DNA of 64,000 nt from Deferribacterales bacterium. Its GTDB lineage: Bacteria > Chrysiogenota > Deferribacteres > Deferribacterales > Geovibrionaceae. Under the pieces are notes generated by a model. It did not search any database. It was not told the origin of the DNA and saw nothing but the letters and a program-made list of their open reading frames with translations. Below are positions 30,051 to 39,105 of this stretch, one piece after another; position 1 is the first letter of the stretch, and each line of letters starts with the position of its first letter. The position numbers were made by a program, and so were the translations under genes. The stretch lies in the NCBI GenBank assembly GCA_050251945.1, contig JBFWLW010000001.1, forward strand, positions 160,001 to 224,000. Reading direction: 5' to 3'.

Positions 30051-30066
30051 TGGCATGCAAGTTGGT
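30051..30066 (+). promoter_or_regulatory. Possible sigma54 (-24/-12) promoter
   Basis: TGGCATG-CAAG-TTGGT vs consensus TGGCACG-N4-TTGC; the conserved -12 C is replaced by G. Confidence 0.45.
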
Positions 30067-30104
30067 ACTACTAAAGCAACTAAACACATCAGGAGGATCT
30101 CAAG

Positions 30105-30494
30105 ATGAAACGTACTTTATTGGTAACATTTGCAGTAGTGCTTGCAGCAGGAATGGCATTCGCATACGGCGGTATGGGAAGAGGATACGGAATGATGGGC
30201 GGCGGATACGGTCCCGGTTTCGGCGGCGGATGCGGTCCCTGTTCACAGTTTTATGACGAAGACGGACAGCCCCAGCAGCAGGCTCCTAAAGCAGTGACAA
30301 AAGAAGAGGCTCAGAAGAAAGTTGAGGAATTTATCGCAACAAACCTGAAAGGATATAAAATAGAAAAGACACAGGAATTTCAGGGCGGAAGATTCATGAT
30401 GTATAACTTCTTTGTAAAAGATGCTTCCGGCAACAAATTTGTTCTCAGGGTTAACCCCTGGGGCAACGTTATGGGACCTTTCATCGTTCAGTGA
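30105..30494 (+). CDS. Secreted Gly/Met-rich protein with possible PepSY-like C-terminal domain
   Basis: Signal peptide ending AFA, YGGMGRGYGMMGGG, CGPC; AGGAGG RBS; own terminator. Confidence 0.75.
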   Translation: MKRTLLVTFAVVLAAGMAFAYGGMGRGYGMMGGGYGPGFGGGCGPCSQFYDEDGQPQQQAPKAVTKEEAQKKVEEFIATNLKGYKIEKTQEFQGGRFMMYNFFVKDASGNKFVLRVNPWGNVMGPFIVQ

Positions 30495-30503
30495 TGAAAA
30501 GGC

Positions 30504-30536
30504 AGGGCGGGGGTCGAAAAATCCCCGCCTTTTTTT
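30504..30536. terminator. Intrinsic terminator between convergent genes
   Basis: GGCGGGG...CCCCGCC followed by T7. Confidence 0.75.
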
Positions 30537-30538
30537 AT

Positions 30539-31234
30539 TTACATGTTCAGAAGTTCAAATTCCTGTAAAGCGTCTTCACCAAATTCGACTGTTTCAACAT
30601 CATTTCCCTCAATGCTGACAGCCTGTCCCGCCTTCATAGTAAAAGTTTTAACATATTCAGTGTATTGTTTTTCAAGATCCGCTACATATTTGTCGTATTC
30701 ACCCATCATTTTTTTTACGTAGGCTTCGTATTCATCCATGACTACTTTGTTGTGCTTTGTGAATTCACCCTCAAGTGAATCCACTGTTATGACTCCATCC
30801 TTAAGGTACACTTTACATTTGCCGTCCTGTGTCATATCAACGAGAAATTCGGTTCCTTTGACACCTATTACGGCTGTTTTAAGTCCTACTGTCACAGTCC
30901 CTGCAACTGCTCCGCGTTTTTTAATGCTGAAAATAACTTTTCCGCCTTCCGGATTGATTTTGTTGGTGGAGGTGAATGATGCTATGGAGTTTTCGGAAAG
31001 GGCTATTTTGTCGCCTGATTCAAGCACTATTACGGCGGCAGAAGCACGTTTTGCCGCAACTTTATTCGTAAGAGCTATTTCGGTGTCAGGCTGTGTTACA
31101 GGTGCAGGACGCGGAGATACGCCGTCGTAAAGCTCAACGGAGCCTGTGTATCTCTTGATAACGCCTATACTGTCCCGCGCAAAGGCAGAGAAAGGAAGTA
31201 GTAAGCATATGGTCAGAATGAGTGTGTTTTTCAT
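30539..31234 (-). CDS. Secreted FecR-domain protein
   Basis: Signal peptide; TAVIGVKGTEFLV...VYLKDG.ITV is FecR-like. Confidence 0.8.
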   Translation of the reverse strand: MKNTLILTICLLLPFSAFARDSIGVIKRYTGSVELYDGVSPRPAPVTQPDTEIALTNKVAAKRASAAVIVLESGDKIALSENSIASFTSTNKINPEGGKVIFSIKKRGAVAGTVTVGLKTAVIGVKGTEFLVDMTQDGKCKVYLKDGVITVDSLEGEFTKHNKVVMDEYEAYVKKMMGEYDKYVADLEKQYTEYVKTFTMKAGQAVSIEGNDVETVEFGEDALQEFELLNM

Positions 31235-31397
31235 ATGTAACTCCTGATGTATGATAGCTCATTTATCTTTCATACATAAGTGAAAAATACCCTGTCAATG
31301 TTTGCATTATATACTATTTTAAAGAAAATAGTATGGCAACATGAACCTTCATGTGTTAAATTCTATCAAAGGAATGTACGATTACCGGAGGTAGTTT

Positions 31398-31967
31398 ATG
31401 AAAAAACTGATCCTAATAGTTTCCCTTCTCGCTTTTATTCTGGCGGGATGCGGAGGAAAACAGGAACAACCGAAAACGCTTGCCGACCCTTGTTTTGTGG
31501 GGGCGCCCTCATGGGTTCTTAATCCCGCTGTGGAAGGTGCGCTTGCGGCTGTTGGCTCCGCTGCCAAATCTGCTGCCGGAATGCAGTTTACAAGAGACGC
31601 TGCCATGGCTAATGCCAGAAGCGAGCTTGCAAGAATGATAGATGTCAAAGTCAACACCATGATGAAAGATTTCACTCAGGTTACAGGCGTGGGCGATGCC
31701 CAGACTGTTGACAAAGTTACATCATCTGTTTCCAAACAGATAGCAAGCCAGTCACTTCAGGGTACAACACAAAAAGAGATATGGATGTCTCCTTGCGGCG
31801 AACTCTATGTTCTCGTTGTGCTTAACCCCTCAAAGGTTGCTGACCTCACAAAACAGCAGGTCACTTCCAGCCTGAAAAACGATGCCGCTCTGTGGCAGCA
31901 GTTCCAGGCACAAAAAGCTCAGGACGAACTTGACGCTGCCATCAGCAAAGAGTTTCCTCAGCAGTAA
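31398..31967 (+). CDS. LPP20-family lipoprotein
   Basis: Lipobox LAGC, APSWV, AVGSA, A.ANAR.ELA, ELYVLV. Confidence 0.85.
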   Translation: MKKLILIVSLLAFILAGCGGKQEQPKTLADPCFVGAPSWVLNPAVEGALAAVGSAAKSAAGMQFTRDAAMANARSELARMIDVKVNTMMKDFTQVTGVGDAQTVDKVTSSVSKQIASQSLQGTTQKEIWMSPCGELYVLVVLNPSKVADLTKQQVTSSLKNDAALWQQFQAQKAQDELDAAISKEFPQQ

Positions 31968-31992
31968 CAGAGAACGTTCTCAAACACTAACG

Positions 31993-32020
31993 AAGGGCAG
32001 CTAGTCACTGCCCTTTTTTT
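31993..32020 (+). terminator. Intra-cluster intrinsic terminator
   Basis: AAGGGCAG-N7-CTGCCCTT plus T run. Confidence 0.75.
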
Positions 32021-32032
32021 ATAGGTATGCAT

Positions 32033-32449
32033 ATGAATAGGATATTGACCTTAATAATACTGGCTGTTTTCTGCCTGACTTTTTCCGGATGTTTTGCCGG
32101 CAAGACCGACGGTGTCAGGCTCATAAACGGTAAACCGGAGTGGTTCTATCATCCGTCCGACGGCTCAAGCATCGGCGGGGTGGGCGTAAGCGGTATACAC
32201 GTTGACGGAAAGACCGGACAGAAAACACTTGCCATGCAGAGAGCGCTGGAGGAGATAGCCCGCCAGATGGGCGTTAAAGTGCAGAGTTTTTCGTCTCTGA
32301 AATCGGTTTCCGACTCCACAGGCTCCGCAGTCAGCGGTGAAAGCAGCTCCTTTTTCACTGTAGACGGCAGCGAGGTCAAAGCACGCATTAAAGCTATGTG
32401 GGAAGACCCTTACACAGAGGAGCTATATGTCTGGATGGTGACTGAATGA
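32033..32449 (+). CDS. LPP20-like lipoprotein
   Basis: Lipobox FSGC, PEWF, GVG, A..RA..EIARQ, ELYVWM. Confidence 0.75.
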   Translation: MNRILTLIILAVFCLTFSGCFAGKTDGVRLINGKPEWFYHPSDGSSIGGVGVSGIHVDGKTGQKTLAMQRALEEIARQMGVKVQSFSSLKSVSDSTGSAVSGESSSFFTVDGSEVKARIKAMWEDPYTEELYVWMVTE

Positions 32450-33633
32450 AAAGATTTCTGATACTTTTTTTTGTTCTGGTCTCTTTTGCTGCATATGCCG
32501 ACAGTTTTGACGATTTTAAAAAAGCCCAGACAGGCGGTTTTGAAAGCAGTAAAGAGGAATGGTCAGCATATAAGTCCGGTACACTTAAAAGCTTTGAAGT
32601 GTACAAGGATATAATGGACAAAGAATTCGCCAAATATAAGAACGATATTGCCAAAGTTTGGGACGATGTTGTCGTTTCCGATAACTATAAATGGGTTGAA
32701 TATCTTAACGGCTATAGAATAAGAAAAATCGTTGATTTTGATAAAGGTATCGTCACCGTTGAGGTGGTTTCAGATAAAGCGAAGCCGGATTTCACACCTG
32801 TTGTTAAAGACCTGCTGAATGAAGATTCGGCAACGGCATTCCGCAGAGATCCCGTTACTTCAAACACCGAACAGAAGCTTAAGGAACAGGTGCAGGGCGT
32901 CACCACTGATAAGGTGAGAGCTGATCCCATAATGCAGAATCTCTATTCCGATAAACCGATGACTGACAGTCAGGTCAACAACCTTGCCAAACAGCTTGTT
33001 TCCGGCGCTGACTATTCACAAAAACCTTCGGATAAGACCGGACAGACAGTTTACAGTATGACGGTGAAACTTCCCGACGATATCTATAAAAAGGGTGCCG
33101 ATGAAGTTAAACAGCATGTGCTGACATATGCCGGACAGTTCAACCTTGATCCGGCACTTGTGATGTCCGTTATATATACAGAAAGCAGATTTAACCCTAT
33201 GGCAAAGTCTTATGTCCCCGCGTACGGGCTTATGCAGATAGTTCCGCAGTCGGCTGGGCTTGATGCAACAGAGTTCCTTGAGGGGACGCAGAGAGTGCTT
33301 GCGCCTTCATACCTGTATAATCCGGAAAATAATGTCAAAGTAGGTGCGGCATATTTTTATCTGCTGTACTATAAATATTTCAAGGGCGTGACCAACGATA
33401 CAAGCCGGCTTTACTGCTCCATTGCGGCTTATAACACAGGCGCGGGAAATGTCGCATACGCCTTTAATAAGAACGGCGGAAAGAACAAATACAATCTGTC
33501 AGCGGCTTTGCCTGCAATAAACGCCATGTCATCCGACGAAGTCTATAACTATCTTAAGAACAATCTGAGATATGAAGAGGCGCGAAATTATATCGTCAGA
33601 GTGAATGGAAAGATAAAAGATTACAGGGAGTAA
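32446..33633 (+). CDS. Lytic murein transglycosylase, MltC-like (DUF3393 + SLT domain)
   Basis: TESRFNP.A.S...AYGLMQIVP, L..PENNV..G..Y, AAYNTGAG, EARNY. Confidence 0.88.
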   Translation: MKRFLILFFVLVSFAAYADSFDDFKKAQTGGFESSKEEWSAYKSGTLKSFEVYKDIMDKEFAKYKNDIAKVWDDVVVSDNYKWVEYLNGYRIRKIVDFDKGIVTVEVVSDKAKPDFTPVVKDLLNEDSATAFRRDPVTSNTEQKLKEQVQGVTTDKVRADPIMQNLYSDKPMTDSQVNNLAKQLVSGADYSQKPSDKTGQTVYSMTVKLPDDIYKKGADEVKQHVLTYAGQFNLDPALVMSVIYTESRFNPMAKSYVPAYGLMQIVPQSAGLDATEFLEGTQRVLAPSYLYNPENNVKVGAAYFYLLYYKYFKGVTNDTSRLYCSIAAYNTGAGNVAYAFNKNGGKNKYNLSAALPAINAMSSDEVYNYLKNNLRYEEARNYIVRVNGKIKDYRE

Positions 33634-33637
33634 ACTT

Positions 33638-34267
33638 ATGAAAACACTAGCTGTTTTGATGATAGCATCCGCAGTTGTCTTCGGGTGTGCGGCAGAGAAA
33701 AAACCGGTTGTCAGACATAATTCCGCATCCTCACAGCAGATGATGGCGGAGGCAGCGCAACAGGAGATGGAAGAGGACATTCAGAACGGCACAGTCACAC
33801 TTCGTGAGCCTGTTATGAACGTTCCGCAGACCGCAAAACCTGTAGACGAACCCAAACAGCCCCTTCCTGAAAAGAAAGTTTCCAGCGTTATGTCGCTTAA
33901 ACCCGTTACAAAGTACCCCATTAAAAACGGATATCCGGAATGGTTTTATACCCCCACATACGACGGGTATATAGGTGCAGTCGGAATAGCTCCGAAACAG
34001 CCGAACGGCGGACTTTCGCAACAGAAAAGGGTTGCGCGGATGAACGCTCAGAGCGGGCTTGCGAAACAGATAGACGTTCTGGTCAAGACAGAACTAAACC
34101 TTGAATCCACCAACGTTGACCGTGCCACGGTCAAATACTATGAACAGAAACTTTCCACCCTCACAAAAGAGAGCGCAGATCAATATCTGTCAAATTATAA
34201 GGTTAAAGACGAATGGATAGACGACAGGACAGGAGAGTATTATGTTTGGATGGTGCTTGAAAAATAA
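33638..34267 (+). CDS. LPP20-like lipoprotein
   Basis: Lipobox VFGC, PEWF, GAVGIA, A...A...LAKQ, EYYVWM. Confidence 0.75.
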   Translation: MKTLAVLMIASAVVFGCAAEKKPVVRHNSASSQQMMAEAAQQEMEEDIQNGTVTLREPVMNVPQTAKPVDEPKQPLPEKKVSSVMSLKPVTKYPIKNGYPEWFYTPTYDGYIGAVGIAPKQPNGGLSQQKRVARMNAQSGLAKQIDVLVKTELNLESTNVDRATVKYYEQKLSTLTKESADQYLSNYKVKDEWIDDRTGEYYVWMVLEK

Positions 34268-34367
34268 ATCCTGACGATAGATATAGGTATCCATATTTGC
34301 TTGCTTTTTTTAACGGAATGAATTTAAATAGAAAACATACCATCTTAAATAAAACCAAAGGTTGGTC

Positions 34368-34685
34368 ATGAAGATTACGATTGATGACAAAGGAAGCGCT
34401 AAGGTTATACGCCCGTACGGGAAGATAGACATTCTCACATCTTCCGAACTGCGTTCAACCCTCAGCGAACTTACGAAAAAGAAAGTTATGAAGATAATAG
34501 TCGATCTTGCGCAGGTGACATATCTTGATTCATCCGGTCTTGCGACACTTCTGGAATCCCTCAAAAATCTAAAAGAATACGAAGGGAAGATGCAGCTTGC
34601 CAATGTGCCTGAAAGGATATTGAAGGTGCTTTCACTTATGAAGCTGGATCTGATATTCGACATAATTCAGGACGACACTATATAA
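34368..34685 (+). CDS. STAS domain anti-sigma factor antagonist
   Basis: VDLAQVTYLDSSGLATL. Confidence 0.9.
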   Translation: MKITIDDKGSAKVIRPYGKIDILTSSELRSTLSELTKKKVMKIIVDLAQVTYLDSSGLATLLESLKNLKEYEGKMQLANVPERILKVLSLMKLDLIFDIIQDDTI

Positions 34686-34714
34686 AAAAAGCCCGCTTGC
34701 TTGAAGCGGGCTTT
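34684..34714. terminator. Bidirectional terminator
   Basis: AAAAAAAGCCCGCTT-N5-AAGCGGGCTTT. Confidence 0.8.
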
Positions 34715-34721
34715 GCTTTTA

Positions 34722-35417
34722 TCAGTCCTGAATGTCTGCTTTCCATCCGCTGAAAATAGAGCTTATATCGCCAGAGTGGGTTCTGAAGTCAACCAGAACA
34801 GCCGCATACAGGTGGACTATAAGGAATGCAACAGTAACGTATACCACGAAATAGTGCAGATATCTTACCCATTGGTTCGACATAATACTGAATATTGAGC
34901 CGAAGAACAAATAGTATCCGCTGTCGGTGTTTATCTGTGACCAGAGTGCAAATCCGCTGAATATCTGGAACAGGAACACCATGAATATGGCTATATAAGC
35001 GTATTGCGCCATAGGGTTGTGCGTCAGCATGTGCGGAGGTTTGTTGTTAACAAATCCGTAATATTTCAGATAGGCTATTATCATCTTTCTGTCTTCTTTG
35101 TTAAACGGGTTGTAGAAAGTGCGGATATTTGAGTATTTGTTGCCCACAACACCCCACCACATACGCGAAAGTACACTTGTGGCAAAAACCACCCCTGTAA
35201 GGTAGTGGACAAATCTTGCATAACCCATCATGTAGGGGAAATCAACCGGATTCGGTTTCAAAAACGGGTAGTGCATATAAAGTCCGGTCATTGCCAGAAT
35301 TATGACGCAAAGCACGTTGATCCAGTGTGTTATACGCACGACCGCCTGCCATACATATACGAAACCCCGCGCCGGGCAGTCCTGCCGGAGGTCTTCTGCT
35401 GCTGCTATTGTTGACAT
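34722..35417 (-). CDS. Ni/Fe-hydrogenase b-type cytochrome subunit (HyaC/CybH-like), orphan
   Basis: VYVW...VRITHW, RFVH, HNP.AQ..Y, RYLH, HLY, ISSIFSGWK. Confidence 0.88.
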   Translation of the reverse strand: MSTIAAAEDLRQDCPARGFVYVWQAVVRITHWINVLCVIILAMTGLYMHYPFLKPNPVDFPYMMGYARFVHYLTGVVFATSVLSRMWWGVVGNKYSNIRTFYNPFNKEDRKMIIAYLKYYGFVNNKPPHMLTHNPMAQYAYIAIFMVFLFQIFSGFALWSQINTDSGYYLFFGSIFSIMSNQWVRYLHYFVVYVTVAFLIVHLYAAVLVDFRTHSGDISSIFSGWKADIQD

Positions 35418-35510
35418 GGCATCCTCCTGAATTTTTTTTATACATAAGTGTATAACTATTTTAAGGAAATATCCATCAAACCTTTGTTTAAAGCAAGGGA
35501 AATATGAACA

Positions 35511-36086
35511 TTAGATGATATTGTCCAGCTCCGGAAGGATGACGTCAAGAAAGTATTTTACGCTGGCCAGGTCTGATTTCGCACATTTTTCTTTTATTTC
35601 AAGATATTTGCGTTTGAAGGGCGAATTGTTGCCCAGTTTGACTTCTGTGAGACATTCAAGCATTGCGTCGATGTAGTCTGCGTATTTCAGTATTCTGCCT
35701 TCAAGGGTTTCGTCTTTTCCGCTGAAAAGCAGCCCGTGATAGATTTCTTTGTAAGGTTCTTCTATATCAGACAAGAGCAGTTCGTCCACTATCATGTTCT
35801 CAATATCGGCAACTGCCGCCTTCATTTTCGGTGTTTTGTTTTTTATATGGCTGAGAATATCTCCCGTATACGCTTCTATAACGTCGTGATTGAGAGCTTT
35901 CTTATAAAGAATTTCCCAGTTCACGCTGCTTCCGTGCTGTTCTTCAATAATTCCGAGCATTTGCGCTATTTGTGTAACGAGAAACGAGTGCTCTGAAACG
36001 GACGACCGCACATGCATGAAATCGCTTGCCCATCTGCTGATGTGATTAAGTTTTCTTGCCGCAAGAAGGTATTGTCCAAGTCCCAT
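35511..36086 (-). CDS. HD-domain 5'-deoxynucleotidase (YfbR-like)
   Basis: I.RW, SVSEHS, ALNHD..E..TGDI...K, KYAD. Confidence 0.85.
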   Translation of the reverse strand: MGLGQYLLAARKLNHISRWASDFMHVRSSVSEHSFLVTQIAQMLGIIEEQHGSSVNWEILYKKALNHDVIEAYTGDILSHIKNKTPKMKAAVADIENMIVDELLLSDIEEPYKEIYHGLLFSGKDETLEGRILKYADYIDAMLECLTEVKLGNNSPFKRKYLEIKEKCAKSDLASVKYFLDVILPELDNII

Positions 36087-36188
36087 TTCGTCCTCCCTAT
36101 TATGGTATCGTATAAAAATATAAGATGTTTAGTGATGATTTTTTATTTTTGAGATGTTATATTTATAAAAAATAAAGCGTGCAGGCAA

Positions 36189-37445
36189 ATGATATTCGAT
36201 AACTTTCTGGTGGGACGCCAGCCTATCCTTGATGCGAACGAGGAAATATTCGGTTATGAGTTTTTGTTCAGAAAGGCTGGCTGCACTGAAAACAAAGCAG
36301 AAATATATGATTCGGTTGTTGCCACCTCAAGGGTGCTGGTCAACATATTCCAGAATTTCGGTATAAAAAGCCTTACAAACGGTAAATACGCGTTCATAAA
36401 CATTGATGATGACATAATCGTGCAGGATGTTATTGACGTTCTGCCGAAGGACAACGTTGTTTTTGAGATAGTCGAAACCACAAACGTCAAAAAAGACGTG
36501 GTGGAAAGGATAGCGGCATATCACAGAGCCGGATATCTTTTTGCTTTGGATGATTTTGTTCTCAGTTCCGAATATTTTTCAATGTTCATGCCTTTGTTCC
36601 CATACGTTGAATATCTGAAAGTCGACATGAAAGAAAACTGCCTGATGAAAATGGAACGTGTTGAAAAAATATTCCACGGGCGGCATATGAAGCTTCTTGC
36701 GGAAAAAGTTGAAACGCGCGAGGATTTCGATTTTACGAGAGACTGCGGATTCGAGCTTTTTCAGGGGTTTTTCTTTGAAAAGCCGACAATAATGAAAAAG
36801 AAGAACATAGAACCGGGAAAGGCGACCATACTGCGTCTGCTTTCCCATCTTTCACAGAATGCTGAGCTTGACAAGATAGAAGCGGAGTTCAGGATTCAGC
36901 CGGAGCTGACCCTTAAACTTCTTAAACTTATAAATGCCTGTTCATACTGCCTTCGCAGCGAGATAATAAGCATCCGCCACGCTTTAACGCTTATCGGCAG
37001 AGAGAACATGCGCAAATGGCTCACCATCATGCTTTATGCCAGCACAGGCGGCAAAAGATTCAAATCCACCATGCTTGAAACTGCAATGCTTCGCGCGCAT
37101 ACTCTGGAGCTTCTCTGCGTGCGTGTTTTCGGCGAAAATTACCATGGAAGAGCCGACGCTTTCTTCATCGGGTTGTTGTCATATGTCGATGTTGTTCTTG
37201 GGATTACGAAAGAAGATCTTATGGATTCCATCAGCGTGAAACCGTTAATAAAAGAAGCAGTGCTTGACAGAAAGGGAGAAATAGGGAATCTTCTTGCTAT
37301 ACTTGAAGATGTGGACGACAACAATTCCGAGATAAAAAGGAATAAGCTGGCAGTTCTGAAGCTCACCGAAGAGGATATCAGCGATATCAAATTCAAAGGG
37401 CTTGACTGGCTGGCGGAACAGCAATCCGTTTACAACAGCATCTGA
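36189..37445 (+). CDS. EAL + HDOD domain protein (YuxH-like c-di-GMP signalling)
   Basis: RQPI, YEFLFR, ALDDF, LAEKVE, QGFFF, then HDOD (P.LT.KLLK.IN, SIRHAL..IG). Confidence 0.9.
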   Translation: MIFDNFLVGRQPILDANEEIFGYEFLFRKAGCTENKAEIYDSVVATSRVLVNIFQNFGIKSLTNGKYAFINIDDDIIVQDVIDVLPKDNVVFEIVETTNVKKDVVERIAAYHRAGYLFALDDFVLSSEYFSMFMPLFPYVEYLKVDMKENCLMKMERVEKIFHGRHMKLLAEKVETREDFDFTRDCGFELFQGFFFEKPTIMKKKNIEPGKATILRLLSHLSQNAELDKIEAEFRIQPELTLKLLKLINACSYCLRSEIISIRHALTLIGRENMRKWLTIMLYASTGGKRFKSTMLETAMLRAHTLELLCVRVFGENYHGRADAFFIGLLSYVDVVLGITKEDLMDSISVKPLIKEAVLDRKGEIGNLLAILEDVDDNNSEIKRNKLAVLKLTEEDISDIKFKGLDWLAEQQSVYNSI

Positions 37446-37474
37446 AAGCACTATACTTGTCCTGAAGGCGGGAT

Positions 37475-37702
37475 ATGGCAAAAACATCAAAGTGTTCCGG
37501 TAAAAATATCATAGTCGAAGACTCAAAATGTGCCCAGTGTGTCCATCTCAGACGGCTGCTTATACCGGAAATGAAAACCTGCTTCAGCCTTAAATGCGCT
37601 GCGGCGGATAAATATATGAAAACACCAAGAAAATCCTGCACCATGTTTGAACCGGAGACATGGGAGAAATTTCTCGATATCGGAGATGAAGATGAGAATT
37701 GA
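37475..37702 (+). CDS. Small Cys-rich hypothetical protein
   Basis: 75 aa, 6 Cys including CAQC.H; its stop overlaps the malic enzyme start. Confidence 0.6.
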   Translation: MAKTSKCSGKNIIVEDSKCAQCVHLRRLLIPEMKTCFSLKCAAADKYMKTPRKSCTMFEPETWEKFLDIGDEDEN

Positions 37703-39032
37703 ATATTCTAACAAGGTAATAAAAAAACTTACGGTCAAAGTTACTGATAAACCCGGATTTTTAGGTCAGCTTACAACTGTAATCGGCAGATGCGGCGGGC
37801 TTATCGGCGAGGTGTCCACTGCGCACCTTGGGAAAGGATACAAAATACGCGCCCTTGACGTTTATGCAGAAGATGAAAACGCTCTTAACGACATGTTCGC
37901 CGCCATTAAAACACTTGAAGGGGTTGAGCTTGTTTCTGTCACAGACATTGTTGAGGAAACCCATGAGGGCGGAAAGATAGAGATACGACCTACTGTGAGT
38001 ATCAACAGTCTGGACGACCTGCGCATTGTTTATACTCCGGGTGTTGCGTCAATCTGCCATAAGATACATAAGAATCCGGCTCTTGCCCGCAGATTTACAA
38101 CCATCAGCAACAACGTTGCTATAGTTACAAACGGAACCGCCATACTTGGTCTCGGCGACATAGGACCTGTTGCGGGGATGCCTGTTATGGAAGGAAAGGG
38201 GATGCTGTTCAAGATACTTTCGGGGATTAACGGCATACCGATACTTCTTGATACCAAAGACCCTGAAGAGATAATAAACACCATTAAGCATATTTCTCCT
38301 ACTTTCGGAGCCATTAAACTTGAAGATATCAAAGCTCCCGAATGTTTTGAGATAGAAGAAAAACTCGACGCAATGCTCGATATCCCCGTAATGCATGACG
38401 ACCAGCACGGAACAGCCGTTGTTGTACTTGCCGCGCTGCTCAATATAGCAAAATATACGTTTATCAACCTTCGCGAGTCAAGCGTGGGTATTATAGGTCT
38501 CGGCGCCGCCGGAACAGGCATCATGAAGCTGCTGAAAGCATACGGCGTGAAAACTTTCAACGGTGTCGACCTTGACGTTTCAGCTATGGAGAGATTTGAA
38601 ACTCTCGGCGGAAACAGAAAAGACCTGCGCGGTGTAGTTGCTGAGTCAAGAATTGTGATTGCCACCACAGGATGTCCGAACCTGATTACTCCGGACATGG
38701 TTCAGGAAGGGCAGGTGATTCTTGCTCTTTCAAACCCGAATCCCGAAATAGACCCTGATGTCGCCGTCAAACACGGTGCTATATTTGCCGCCGACGGTAA
38801 ATCAGTCAATAATGCGCTTGCTTTCCCTGGGCTTTTCAAAGGCGCTCTGACAGCAAACGCAATAACAATAAACGATCAGATGAAAATAGCCGCTGCGAAG
38901 GCGATAGCTGCGTTCGCACTGGAAGGCGACCTTGTCCCTAACATCCTCGATAAAAACGTCCACGATGCAGTTGCAAAAGAAGTTGAAACCGCCGCATACC
39001 GCTCCGGAGCAGCAAAATTCATAGATGAATAA
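37692..39032 (+). CDS. NAD(P)-dependent malic enzyme with N-terminal ACT domain
   Basis: DKPGFLG (ACT), VYTPGVA, GPVAGMPVMEGK, LEDIKAPECF, HDDQHGTA, G.GAAG, ALSNP.PEI, NNALAFPG. Confidence 0.92.
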   Translation: MRIEYSNKVIKKLTVKVTDKPGFLGQLTTVIGRCGGLIGEVSTAHLGKGYKIRALDVYAEDENALNDMFAAIKTLEGVELVSVTDIVEETHEGGKIEIRPTVSINSLDDLRIVYTPGVASICHKIHKNPALARRFTTISNNVAIVTNGTAILGLGDIGPVAGMPVMEGKGMLFKILSGINGIPILLDTKDPEEIINTIKHISPTFGAIKLEDIKAPECFEIEEKLDAMLDIPVMHDDQHGTAVVVLAALLNIAKYTFINLRESSVGIIGLGAAGTGIMKLLKAYGVKTFNGVDLDVSAMERFETLGGNRKDLRGVVAESRIVIATTGCPNLITPDMVQEGQVILALSNPNPEIDPDVAVKHGAIFAADGKSVNNALAFPGLFKGALTANAITINDQMKIAAAKAIAAFALEGDLVPNILDKNVHDAVAKEVETAAYRSGAAKFIDE

Positions 39033-39105
39033 TGCATTGTGGAAATTATGAAATTAATTTGTTATACTTTGTCTTACCGTTAACAGATTAATTTTGGAGG
39101 ATCGT

